64,000 nt of DNA from Macrostomum lignano (Eukaryota). Within the stretch, counting starts at the first letter, position 1; each line of letters starts with the position of its first letter. The stretch covers positions 372,001-436,000 of the forward strand of contig NIVC01000630.1 of NCBI GenBank assembly GCA_002269645.1, written 5' to 3'. Shown one piece after another: positions 21,913 through 33,968 of the stretch. The notes beneath the pieces are model-generated. The model saw nothing but the letters and a program-made list of their open reading frames with translations. It made no database searches and was not told where the DNA came from. Made by a program: the position numbers and the translations under genes.

Positions 21913-22276
21913 TTTAAACTTCTTTAAATCACCCTGTAATGCCCATTTTTAAAAGCGTTGTTTAATCAAACTTTTTAGAATCGTTGTTTAATCCCATTTT
22001 TAAGACGTCTTTCAACCCCTAATTCTTAGAAGTATCGTATATTTCTCAGAATCCTAGAGTTGTTTTTAAGCCCCACCCCAAATTTCTTAGAATCGCCCTC
22101 TATATTCCCTGTTTCTTAGAATCATTTGATCGCCATTAGCCGTTAGTCGACCTTTAATCCTGCTCTCTGAAAATGAGGCTCAAACTCCCTTTCCTGACTT
22201 AAAAGTACAGTCCAATTATATTTCCTAGAATACGCTAATACGAGTATCTCAAAATTAAACAAAATAATTTTCCCAG

Positions 22277-23036
22277 ATGCGACCAAATCGCTGGCATGCT
22301 GTCAGGATCCTCAACTGCAGCGGCCGATGCTCAGCAGCAGTCTCAGCTTGAGCACAGCGAAGACACGGACAACAACGATCTTGTTGCTAACATAGTCGGC
22401 CGGACACCGGCCACAATCGACACCTTAGCCGTAGGAGTGCAAATCAGCCTGGTAGAGGAGCTGCTAGACTATGTGCTGGATAAAACCGGCATCTGTTTGG
22501 ACGCCGTTAGCAACGGATCTGCATCTGGCGCCTGTCGGCCAGTTGAAGAACTCGCGACCGCCAACGAAACTCCCGATACCGCCGACGCCGCCGCTTTCGA
22601 CATCGTCGACGATGGCCAGACATTGCGTCGGGTCATTCGGCGGCATCATTATCGACAGCAGCATCGACAAGCGACGATATCAGATGACGGCGACGCTGTT
22701 GAGTTCGACCGCCGCGGCCGTGAATACGACGACGATGACGTCGAAGACTTGGAAGCAGATGAAGATCGCCGTTTGTCAGAATCTTTGCTAGCAACCGAGC
22801 GCCGAGTGTCGGAGCTGATCAGCCGGCTGGATGCCGAACAGCGTCGGTACTTGGCTAGCGGCGCCGAGCTTGGGGAAAGCGCCCAGCAACTATTAGAGGA
22901 GATGCGACAGCAGGCGCGATGGCTTGACGAATCGTTGCTCATGTCGAATAAAGCGACGGCGTCGCAAAGTTGTGGTATCGATCGAAGCTCTTCTACCATC
23001 GGATTTGATTGGCGCCAGCAGATTGCCGTGATGTTG
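22277..23036 (+). CDS. SLMAP: SLMAP-like protein, exon 2 (acidic/coiled-coil region)
   Basis: Acceptor TTTTCCCAG, phase 2, in frame with ORF 22296. Donor TTG|GTAGGT. Confidence 0.8.
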
Positions 23037-23090
23037 GTAGGTGCAGAGTTGCATTGTTCTAATTTTATACTGAGTGAATTAATTTGATAC

Positions 23091-23391
23091 GGTGGTTGTA
23101 GCCTCGTGGTTAGAGCGTCGGGCTCACGTCTTGAAGGTCGGGGGTTCGATTCTCGACTCACTCGGAACAACTAGTGTCCTTGAGCAAGACACTAACTGCA
23201 TTGCTTCAGTTCACCCAGCTGTAAAATGGGTGCCAGCATTAACTGGGGTACCTGAGGGTGTGTGGCGACCCCCCCCCCCCCAGTCCTTGGACTGAATAGC
23301 CGTACTCAGCCTTCAGATGCGCCGTCTAATAGCTGCGGCTGAGCTTCCGGTTGCAGGTGTAATCAGTTATTTTTATCTTGTTATTATTATT
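23091..23391 (+). mobile_element. tRNA-derived CORE-type (MIR-like) SINE in SLMAP intron 2
   Basis: A box TAGCCTCGTGG, B box GGTTCGATTC, CORE-like gtccttgagcaagacactaac...cttcagttcacccagctgtaaaatggg, and a (TTA)n tail. Confidence 0.75.
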
Positions 23392-23658
23392 CATACTGAA
23401 GCTACTAACAAGTAGCGCACTATAGAATTTTATAAGTATTTTTACCCAGTAAGGAAAAATATTACGCAATTAAAATTGTTTTAGTATGTAATCATTTTTC
23501 GCGAATTTTTTTGCGTCAGCGGAACGCTCATGGAACAATTGCAAGCCCAGGGAGGTCAATAGGGTCAGATGACCCCCGTGTGGGAAAATCCATGGCTTAA
23601 CTATATAGAAACTATGTTGCTATAATTAATTATCGAAATTTTCTTTGTAAAATTTCAG

Positions 23659-23736
23659 TGGCAAGAGCTGCCGTCAATATCTGCTCTGGTTCTACTGATC
23701 AGTTTGACTGTCTACCTGCTGTTCTACTGGCTCTAA
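23659..23736 (+). CDS. SLMAP: SLMAP-like protein, exon 3 (C-terminal transmembrane tail anchor, WQELPSISALVLLISLTVYLLFYWL*)
   Basis: Acceptor AATTTCAG, phase 0. Hydrophobic 20-mer then TAA. The joined CDS is 1815 nt. Confidence 0.78.
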   Translation, partial: WQELPSISALVLLISLTVYLLFYWL

Positions 23737-24619
23737 CTAGCTGTCGCTCTGCATTGCAAATTTATTATAATTAAGTAATTAGCATTGATTGATTGTGTAC
23801 CAAGGCGGCCAATATTCAAGCAAATAATAAAAAAATATGTGGCAGCAACATTTACTATATATATACAGATTCTATTTGGTTAGCAAAGAGTCGTCAATTC
23901 ATCATTGAGCTATTTTCTCTGAACAATAAATTGTTATTTGTTGTTTTTAATAAAAAATTATGAGCTTATGCTCCTTGCCTCTGAAATCGCTATCTGCAAT
24001 AGAGCCTGAGAATTTTGTCAATCAATTCTGTCTGATTAAGATGCATGTGTGCTTCACCGTATACGAACAATCAGTTCGTATAAAACTACGCTTATTTATT
24101 TAATTAGCTTAGAAAGCTAGACTATGAGATCCTATTCTGCAATCAATGTACGATTAAAAAATTGTCTTATTTTTTACTTTGAATCTCGCAACTGCTTTTT
24201 TATTATGCCTTTGATCTGTGTTATATTCAGTAGTTTAATAGTTTTAGTACTTAATAAAATATCTCTGTACATTCTTATCTCTCTGTGCAATTCGAAAATT
24301 TTCCGTTGAGCACTCTTCAGGGTTTAGTCTATTTATACGAGCGTATATCCTTGATTGAAACTGTTTCTAGCTATTTGTGTTACTTCTCTGCAACAATAAA
24401 TAATTAAGTTTTAGGTTCACATGTACTTTCATTACAGTTTTTGTCTTTATCTAGATTTTTTTAATCTCGTCTACTTTTACCCCCAGCTCATCAGTTCATC
24501 ACTGACAGTCGCTCTTCCAATCAAAGTAAAAAAATCACTCCCGACGAACCCCCTCACTGACGATCCGATCCCTCCTCAAATTACATTCACTCTAGGCCAA
24601 CCCCTCACTGACAGTCTCT

Positions 24620-25405
24620 ACCGGACCCCAATGTAGATTCAATCTAGGCCAACCCCCTTACTGGTAGTCTCTCCCCCAATGTACATTCACTCTAGACCAA
24701 CCCCCTACTGATAGTCTCTCCCCAATGTACATTCACTCTACCAACCCCCTTACTGATAGTCTCTCCCCAATGTACATTCACTCTACCAACCCCCTTACTG
24801 ATAGTCTCTCCCCCAATGTACATTCACTCTAGACCAACCCCCTTACTGATAGTCTCTCCCCTAATGTACATTCACTCTAGACCAACCCCCTTACTGATAG
24901 TCTCTCCCCAATGTACATTCACTCTAGACCAACCCCCTTACTGATAGTCTCTCCCCTAATGTACATTCACTCTAGACCAACCCCCTTACTGATAGTCTCT
25001 CCCCAATGTACATTCACTCTAGACCAACCCCCTTACTGATAGTCTCTCCCCTAATGTACATTCACTCTAGACCAACCCCCTTACTGATAGTCTCTCCCCA
25101 ATGTACATTCACTCTAGACCAACCCCCTTACTGATAGTCTCTCCCCTAATGTACATTCACTCTAGACCAACCCCCTTACTGATAGTCTCTCCCCAATGTA
25201 CATTCACTCTAGACCAACCCCCTTACTGATAGTCTCTCCCCTAATGTACATTCACTCTAGACCAACCCCCTTACTGATAGTCTCTCCCCAATGTACATTC
25301 ACTCTAGACCAACCCCCTTACTGATAGTCTCTCCCCAATGTACATTCACTCTACCAACCCCCTTACTGATAGTCTCTCCCCCAATGTACAATCACTCTAG
25401 ACCAA
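24620..25405. repeat. 47/48-bp minisatellite (actctagaccaacccccttactgatagtctctcccc[t]aatgtacattc)
   Basis: Direct periodicity, with 47 and 48 bp units alternating in the middle. Confidence 0.95.
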
Positions 25406-26089
25406 AAGTTATATTATACTTTCTTCGATGCAATTAATATTTTATAAATTTGTGTCTGTAATGACTATAAATGATTTTTCATTAGTAAATCCAATTGCAG
25501 CTTCGATTTTTTGTGTCACAAAGCACTTGAAATATTTATTTTCTCATGTCAGCCTTTTCGGTACAGTTGAACCTGGTACGCACTTTTACATATGCAATAT
25601 ATTTGATATTTATTCCACTAGTCACTGTAGTAAAGTTTGTTTTACTAGCTTGCGTATGAAAAATGTCTAATGAGACTCGTCTTTGTTCATGCAAAAAAAA
25701 TTTACTCGGACCAAACAAAGAGTGATATTATAATCAAGTGTTGTCTAGATTCTATCGTTTTGATTTGTTTCTTTTTTCTGAGAGTCTGTGGTTGGAAAAT
25801 AGGTTATTTCCTTCGATATTTAAAAACTAAATTTTGTCAGTTAAAATCAGATTTTTTCGTTATTTTAGGTATAATGTGATTGCTACGAGTTTTATAACAT
25901 TTTTGATTGATGCAATATTTGTCCGTTTGGTGTTGATTAAAAATAAATAAAGCGATGTGATTAATAGAATTTGTATACTATCTTAACAAGCTAATGAGTT
26001 CAACTTATTTCAATTTATCTTCTAGGGCCTTAAAGCTGTCACCTAGACCCCTTACCTCCGTTTGTTTCTCTACCAACTTGTTAACATAA

Positions 26090-26965
26090 ACACTGTTTTC
26101 CTACCACCACTGTTTTCCTACCCCACTGTATTCCTACCCCACTGTATTCCTACCCCACTGTATTCCTACCCCACTGTATTCCTACCACCACTGTATTCCT
26201 ACCCCCACTGTTTTCCTACCCCCACTGTTTTCCTACCCCCACTGTTTTCCTACTCCACTGTATTCCTACCCCACTGTATTCCTACCCCACTGTATTCCTA
26301 CCCCACTGTATTCCTACCCCACTGTATTCCTACCACCACTGTTTTCCTACCCCAACTGTATTCCTACCCCACTGTATTCCTACCCCCACTGTTTTCCTAC
26401 CCCCACTGTTTTCCTACCCCCACTGTATTCCTACCCCACTGTATTCCTACCCCACTGTATTCCTACCCCCACTGTTTTCCTAGCCCCACTGTATTCCTAC
26501 CCCACTGTATTCCTACCCCCACTGTTTTCCTAGCCCCACTGTATTCCTAGCCCCACTGTATTCCTACCCCCACTGTATTCCTACCCCACTGTTTTCCTAC
26601 CCCCACTGTATTCCTACCCCACTGTTTTCCTACCCCCATCTGTTTTCCTACCCCCACTGTTTTCCTACCCCCACTGTTTTCCTAGCCCCACTGTATTCCT
26701 ACCCCCACTGTTTTCCTAGCCCCACTGTATTCCTAGCCCCACTGTATTCCTACCCCCACTGTATTCCTACCCCACTGTTTTCCTACCCCCATCTGTTTTC
26801 CTACCCCCACTGTTTTCCTACCCCACTGTATTCCTACCCCACTGTATTCCTACCCCCACTGTTTTCCTAGCCCCACTGTATTCCTAGCCCCACTGTATTC
26901 CTACCCCCACTGTATTCCTACCCCCATCTGTTTTCCTACCCCCACTGTATTCCTACCCCAGTTTT
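26090..26965. repeat. 17/18-bp minisatellite (ccactgtattcctaccc[c])
   Basis: Direct periodicity. Confidence 0.95.
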
Positions 26966-27179
26966 CTCACACCATTTCTTCCCTCTGGTTTTTCTACTCC
27001 CATCCAGTCTTTCTATCCTACTGCTTCACTTTCCATATTTCCCACCAACAGGTTATCGTACCCCCTGGGATACTACCCATTGTATTTTCATGCGGACATT
27101 CCAGAATCCTTATAAATTTTGCCTTTTATAATAGCTCCCAACTTGCAATCGTTTCCATCGCCATTTTGCATGCGTCCAC

Positions 27180-27749
27180 ATGTTCAAACTGAAGCAACAG
27201 CAAGCCGCTGCAGCTGCTGAATCAGCTGGTGGCGGCGGCGGCGGCGGCGGCGGTCGCACCAGAACGATTTCTACATCTCGCGATCGACTACTACTAAAAG
27301 AGATGTCCGAACTGCAAGAAGTGCTCACTCAACAGCGTACAACTCTTCATTTGCCTAACCCTAGTGTACTATCGGAGTTTGTACTCACAATATCGCCTGC
27401 CGAGGGCCTGTGGGCTGGCGGGCATTTCAAATTCATAGTCCGAGTGCCCGAGGCTTATAATCTGGCCCCGCCTGAGGTCACCTGTCAGACCCGGGTTTGG
27501 CATCCCAATGTGAGCGAACAAGGCGAAGTCTGCCTGTCTCTATTGCGCCTGAACTCCATTGATGGTTTCGGCTGGTATCCGACTAGAACGCTAAAAGATG
27601 TCGTACTTGGCTTGGAATCTTTGTTCACCGATCTGTGTGATTTTCACGACGCATTGAACGCCGAAGCAGCCGATCAGTATAGGTGCAATCCGCAGGCGTT
27701 CAAGCTTAAAGTTAGCGAATATATTCGTCGCTATGCTTGTAGGAAGTAA
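27180..27749 (+). CDS. UBE2F: NEDD8-conjugating enzyme UBE2F (E2), single exon, 189 aa
   Basis: RDRLLLKEMSEL...WHPNVSEQGEVCLSLLR.NSIDG.GW.PTRTLKDVV.GL.SLFTDL...YIRRYA is the UBE2F-specific pattern, with the catalytic Cys present. Confidence 0.95.
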   Translation: MFKLKQQQAAAAAESAGGGGGGGGGRTRTISTSRDRLLLKEMSELQEVLTQQRTTLHLPNPSVLSEFVLTISPAEGLWAGGHFKFIVRVPEAYNLAPPEVTCQTRVWHPNVSEQGEVCLSLLRLNSIDGFGWYPTRTLKDVVLGLESLFTDLCDFHDALNAEAADQYRCNPQAFKLKVSEYIRRYACRK

Positions 27750-27859
27750 CAGATGCAGACTGATAAGAAACCAGTAAGATATTAAGTTTTTGATTTGTGT
27801 CTGCTCTAATAATTATGATTTAACCAAATCAGAACCGAGAAAAATAGGGTATGTCAGCT

Positions 27860-28228
27860 CGACCAATAGGCATCGAGGAAAGGGATAGTGTTTTAATGAC
27901 CCGTCAGCCAATAGGAATCGAGGAGTGGGATACTGTTTTAATGACCCGTCAGCCAATCGGAATCGAGGAGACGGATTGTGTTTTAATGATCCATCAGCCA
28001 ATAGAAATCGAAGAGAGGGATTGTGTTTAAATGGTCCATCAGCCAATAGGAATCGAGATGAGGGATACTGTTTCAATGACCCGTCAGACAATAGAAATCG
28101 AGGAGAGGGGTAGTGTTTCAATAACCCGTTAACCAATAGGAATGAAGGAGAGAAATACAGTTTTAATGGTCCGTCAGCCAATAGGAATCGAGAAGAGGGA
28201 TAGTGTTTCAATGACCCGTCAGCCAATA
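27860..28228. repeat. 45-bp minisatellite (~8 copies) just 3' of UBE2F
   Basis: ccaataggaatcgag recurs every 45 bp. Confidence 0.9.
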
Positions 28229-29124
28229 GACATCCAGGAGAGGAGTTAACATCTCCATGCCTTGTAGGCCCGTTAGCTAATAAAAATCGTATGAAGGTTT
28301 ATACATTTGACATGTTTATTCGATTTTGTTTAAAGCTTATGTACGAGTATTTATGACAAAATTAACTATGATATTTATATTATGTAAGTATGAAGTTAAT
28401 GCCTTATTACTTGATATACATTTGCTTTTTTTCACATTTTTCTGTATATACATAATCTTATAATTGGAAAATCAACACCAAAAGTTGCTTTTATTTGGAG
28501 TCTTTCAGTGAGTTATTAAAATAAAAAGTTTGCTTAGAAATGTATCTTGGAAAACAGTTCTTAAAAAAACCTCTGTCATATACAGTACAGCTTTAAAGTA
28601 TTTGCTAAATCTTAAAAAAACTTTTATTCTTCAAAAGCATGTTCGTTATAGAGTAAATGCCTAAATATACACAACATGCGGTATATATTAAGTAATCGCT
28701 ATAATTTCTTCTACTAAATTGTGCGGCCTTTACAAGATGTACTTTAGTACCTCTTTCAAAGGAGACTGTTGTGCTCTTTTCACTCATTTTTTAACTTGTT
28801 TTTAAAGTACTGGGTGTACTTTAAGTCTCTACAAAAAATAACAAATACTTTTATTTCTTAGCTTGCAGTCTTCTGATTCTTTAATTCTAAGTGCTGTTTT
28901 TCTAAGCATCCGGGTTTTCCGAAATGTCAGGTTCACTATGCCAGGTTGCTAGAACTTAAATCCAGCCTCGTTTGGTGTGCCAGGCAAAAATTATTGTACC
29001 TGTTTTGTACGCTTGACTTCCCTTCCCTTCCTCTGCATTGCTTTACTTAACAGGCGTGTTAGTTTTTTTATTCCTCATTCACTGTAATTTTACTCTTCAC
29101 TCCGTGCCTGATTTCCCACTCCAC

Positions 29125-30210
29125 CTGTCTAGTACCTCACTTCACTCAGTGTCTAATACCCCACTTCACTCAGTGTCTAATACCCCACTTCACTCAGTTT
29201 CTAATACCCCACTTCACTCAGTGTCTAATACCCCACTTCACTCAGTTTCTAATACCCCACTTCACTCAGTGTCTAATACCCCACTTCACTCAGTTTCTAA
29301 TACCCCACTTCACTCAGTGTCTAATACCCCACTTCACTCAGTGTCTAATACCCACTTCACTCAGTGTCTAATACCTCACTTCACTCAGTGTCTAATACCC
29401 ACTTCACTCAGTGTCTAATACCCCACTTCACTCAGTGTCTAATACCCCACTTCACTCAGTTTCTAATACCCCACTTCACTCAGTGTCTAATACCCCACTT
29501 CACTCAGTTTCTAATACCCCACTTCACTCAGTGTCTAATACCCCACTTCACTCAGTGTCTAATACCTCACTTCACTCAGTGTCTAATACACCACTTCACG
29601 TAGTGTCTAATACCCACTTCACTCAGTGTCTAATACCCCACTTCACTCAGTGTCTAATACCTCACTTCACTCAGTGTCTAATACCCCACTTCACTCAGTG
29701 TCTAATACCCACTTCACTCAGTTTCTAATACCCCACTTCACTCAGTGTCTAATACCCCACTTCACTCAGTTTCTAATACCCACTTCACTCAGTGTCTAAT
29801 ACCCACTTCACTCAGTGTCTAATACCCACTTCACTCTGTCTAATACCCACTTCACTCAGTGTCTAATACCCCACTTCACTCAGTGTCTAATACCCACTTC
29901 ACTCTGTCTAATACCCACTTCACTCTGTCTAATACCCACTTCACTCAGTGTCTAATACCCCACTTCACTCAGTGTCTAATACCCACTTCACTCTGTCTAA
30001 TACCCACTTCACTCAGTGTCTAATACCCACGTCACTCAGTGTCTAATACCCCACTTCACTCAGTGTCTGATACCCACGTCACTCAGTGTCTAATACCCCA
30101 CGTCACTCAGTGTCTAATACCCCACGTCACTCAGTGTCTAATACCCCACGTCACTCAGTGTCTAATACCCCACTTCACTCAGTGTCTGATACCCCACTTC
30201 ACTCAGTGTC
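29125..30210. repeat. 23/24-bp minisatellite (tctaataccccacttcactcagtg)
   Basis: Direct periodicity. Confidence 0.96.
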
Positions 30211-30329
30211 TTAACGACTTCTGCGCTGATCGTGCTGCGGCGACTGTGGCAGGATATGACTCACTGTTACCCAGCCTCCGTTCCTTTACTGATAAAACGC
30301 CGAGAAAATTGTGTAAAAAAAGATATAAT

Positions 30330-31860
30330 CCATAGAAATAAAGACTTTCCGTGACAATATTTGCGTTCTCCGGGATTTTATTTGGTAATATTCAATAATA
30401 TCCCGCAAAGTCTTAATGTCTATGGTTTATACGAGATTACACATGCCTTTTTCGGGAGTTATTTTCATAAATCCCTCGGGCCTCAGGCCCTCGTGATTTA
30501 TACAAATAACTCCCTCAAAAGGCATGTTTAATCTGATACTTGTACTTTTATTCCACGTATTTCACGGGCAGTGTTATACTGTAGCTCCGAAGGAATCCAG
30601 CTTTTTCTTTATGATTTGTGACCAACCCTACAGTCCAGCAGCACGGATTAGTAATTAGAATAAGTCGTAACCCTGCTTTTAGAAACCTATTTATACGTTA
30701 ATATTTACTACAGTCAGCCATGACAAATGAACTATTATCTACTCTGAAGTCTGAATTCACCGGATTGGATAATGGCAAATTTTATCATCCTTATACACTT
30801 GGCTGAAAATGTCTAGCCCTTTCAAGTTATCAAGCTGCTTTATATAGAATATATTAATATAGACTGGCTGTTGAGGACTGAAGTGAACTGAAACGCCGAG
30901 GCGCGTATTAGTAGTCCATATTAGTGTTATTGGTAGGCTGAAGCGCGGATGCACAACGCGGTTTCACGTCCACAGAAACTGTCTATGGTTGAAAAAGGTT
31001 TAGCTATATGCTTCGTGGCGGTTTCGCAGTCCGCGGAGACTGTCTATGGTTGAAACCCAAATAGAGTTTGAAGCATTCTTCTCTTGGTGGGTGGGAGAGA
31101 AAATAAGATTTAAACAGCTTTAAGGTTCGGAATTAGCCATGTTTCACTGGGAATCAATACTAGAGGAAGATATTAGCGGTTTAGAAATGAATGAGATTGA
31201 GTTTCTGCAGCAACTTGGACATCGTGATCCTGGTGAAGAAGTTAGTCAGTGGACCGGTGTGACCGTAAGACAGCAGGAGTTGATTGACGCAGAATTGTCC
31301 AATCCAAGCATTCTGAATAATGCCGAGCTTCTGCGGGAACTGACGGAAGAAGAGGAAGCTGCTGTGCAAGACGTCGAAGAGGCTGCCAAACGCAAATCGA
31401 CCACGGATCAAACCGCTCTCAATGTGAAGCGCTTCAAAAAATATCTGGTGGACCAGAAACTGCCGGACAACATCGAAACAATGCCGATCCGCTATCTTTG
31501 TGCCTATATGCGGCTGTGGTTTGTGTCACTGAGGACTCAGGAAGGCAAGCCATACGCTGTCCAAAGTCTGGTGTGCTTCAGGGCGTCTATTCATCGGTAC
31601 GTGCTGGAGACAAGGAACGTGCGAATTGAGGTAACTATTGATGAACTCTCCAGCCACATCATTTTGAGCTTCCAAGCGTTATTTACTGAATTATTTCGTT
31701 TACTTCGTGTTTCATTCCTGTTGTGTTTGGTCTTGTGTTTGTTGGCAGTGAAATATACAGTGGCTATAAGTGATATGAATTGAATATAATTGAAATATGC
31801 TTCAACCATAGACAGTGACGGCGGACAAATGTAGAGCGTTTCAATCGCGTTTCAACCCAG
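30330..31860 (+). mobile_element. Crypton-like tyrosine-recombinase transposon, truncated or non-autonomous
   Basis: Hairpins at 30330..30425 and 30435..30533. actgtctatggttga occurs twice (~30978, ~31039) and is inverted at ~31802. The element contains a YR N-terminal ORF. Boundaries are approximate. Confidence 0.55.
31139..31630 (+). pseudogene. N-terminal (core-binding) part of a Crypton/DUF3504-type tyrosine recombinase; no catalytic domain follows
   Basis: KRKSTTDQTALNVKRFKKYL...IETMPIRYLCAYMRLWFVSLRTQEGKPYAVQSLVCFRASIHRY resembles the Crypton motif F.ASVRTKDGK.Y...SL...RA.L.RY. Similarity ends near 31625. Confidence 0.6.
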
Positions 31861-32133
31861 GCAGCCTACCCATAATTGCGATTATAGCATGCACTATTGG
31901 CTATACAAGAGACCTTACTTGGTTACTGACTTACTTTCTTGCTTATTTACTTGATGCCAAGCAGGGCCGGGGTGTGACTTTTGGAGGGCCATATGGCCCA
32001 GAGACGCGCTCTCTGACTTTTCCATTCCACTGAGTGGCTGGCGGGAGAATTATTTTGTTGTTTGTTGTTGTTACTTACCTACTTGCTGACTTGTTTAATT
32101 ACTGCACTTTATAGGCATTGTCTCTACTCTTGT

Positions 32134-32836
32134 GGGGTCGCCATCATAAGCTCGGAAAATCACATCGTCGAAAGCAGGGCTCCATCATAAGCTCGAAAAG
32201 TCACATCGAAAACTTATTTAGCAACCACCATCACAAGCTCGAAAAGTCACATCGTCGAAAAGTTTAGCAACCATGTCCATCACAAGCTCAAAAAGTCACA
32301 TCGTCAAAAACTGATTTACCAACCACCATCTCTAACTCTAACCCTAACCTAAGGCACAAACAAGCACTAACCCCTAACCTAACCCTGAACCCTACCCTAA
32401 GGCGCAAGCACTAACCCTAACCCCTAACCTAACCCTGAACCCTACCCTAAGGCACAAGCACTAACCCTAACCCCTAACCTAACCCTGAACCCTAACCCTA
32501 CTTTTTCGACGATGTGACTTTTCGAGCTTGTGGTGGTGGTTGCTAAACTTTTCGACGATGTGATTTTTCGAGCTTGTGACTTCGAGCTTGTGATGGTGGT
32601 TGCTAAACTTTTCGACGATGTGATTTTTCGAGATTGTGATGGTGGTTGCTAAGTCAGTTTTCGACGAAGTGACTTTTCGAGCTTGTGATGGTGGATGCTT
32701 TTCGACGATGTGACTTTTCGAGCTTGTGACTTTTCGAGCTTGTGATGGTGGATGCTTTTCGACGATGTGACTTTTCGAGCTTGTGATGGTGGATGCTTTT
32801 CGACGATGTGACTTTTCGAGCTTGTGATGGGCCCCC
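32134..32836. mobile_element. Foldback-type element: modular inverted arms around a (TAACCC)-rich spacer
   Basis: Left modules aagctcgaaaagtcacatcgtcgaaaa are mirrored by ttttcgacgatgtgacttttcgagctt. Ends are GGGGTCGCCATCA / TGATGGGCCCCC. Confidence 0.7.
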
Positions 32837-33968
32837 ATTCGGGTGCCCTGCCTGCGGCGCTGTGCTATGGATCGCTGTTGGGCGGCTATGCCTTTAAGGT
32901 TTAATTTAAAAAAGACATTCAGTAAACCAAGTTTATTACTGCAGTAAAAATGAGTTTTCTCTATTCATTGTATCTAGATATGTGATTGATTTGAACCTAG
33001 CTTAACTGATTTTCATGAACATGACGGTACACGTGTCAAAGCCTTAAGGCACGGTGGTTCCACAGGTGACAAAGCAAGTCAGGGCTTGTTGCTGTACACC
33101 TTGTGTGAGCTGCTCCCTGCGTACGTATCTTGTGTGCTTGAGAGATTAATCACTAAAGCCAGCGAATTATAAGAGGCCACTACGAAATCTCGATTGGCAT
33201 ATCGGCAGTGGAGCAAAATAATAAGAAAACTAACTCTCATCTTAAAAAATAAAATGTTTCTGATTGTTTAAAAATAGCGAGACAGTTTAATTTCCAAGCA
33301 TTTATTGTATACACATACGTAATAAATTTAAATTGTGTATTTCTTAGAATTCGGCACTGCCGTTGACAAAAAATAGAAAGAAAAACTCTGCTAAAATAGC
33401 TAATAACAATGATGTTTATATACTTGTAAGATTTAAACCAGCTGGTAAGAATGTATTGAACAATCTAGATCTAAATTAGTAAAACAAATTCATAGAGATT
33501 ATCTTATTCAAAATTCTGTTAAAGATTTGAGAAATTTAGAAGATTGTGTGGTGTTCTTTTATTAGTAAATGCTTGAAATAATATAAAATACATTTGCTTT
33601 TCAAATAAAAAGTACAAGTAAAATACAGTGCATGCTACTTGCTAATTTTTAGAATTTTCATTTTGTGAAAAGCTTATACTCTTAGTTAAACAAACTTTCT
33701 GCCGTTGTAGAAGAAAAAATTAAAACAAACAAGAGAAGCTTTACAAGTAAATTGATAAACGTCCTGCAAAAAGAATTATTAACTGAATTTATTATCAGCA
33801 AGAAATTGTAATCGCAACGTGCAATTCTGTTTTGTTTTACTGCGGTTAGCAAATTAGAATTTTAAATTAGCGCCGTTCAGTTTGATCAGTTTGTCTATAT
33901 TTGTAATTTGAAATTAAGCTGAGAGATCATAAAAAATAATTAGCTGAGAGATAACTTTTATCGGCACA

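Noticed and set aside
23091-23165. tRNA genes here, at 7740..7810 and at 52688..52755
   Set aside because: A and B boxes are present but there is no acceptor stem or proper cloverleaf. Two of them continue into SINE bodies with tails.
31915-32090. Possible 3' tail of an RTE-type LINE or SINE on the minus strand with (TAAG)n
   Set aside because: It is too short and degenerate, and there is no ORF or TSD to support it.
32335-32500. True or interstitial telomere
   Set aside because: There are only short, degenerate TAACCC runs embedded in a foldback element.
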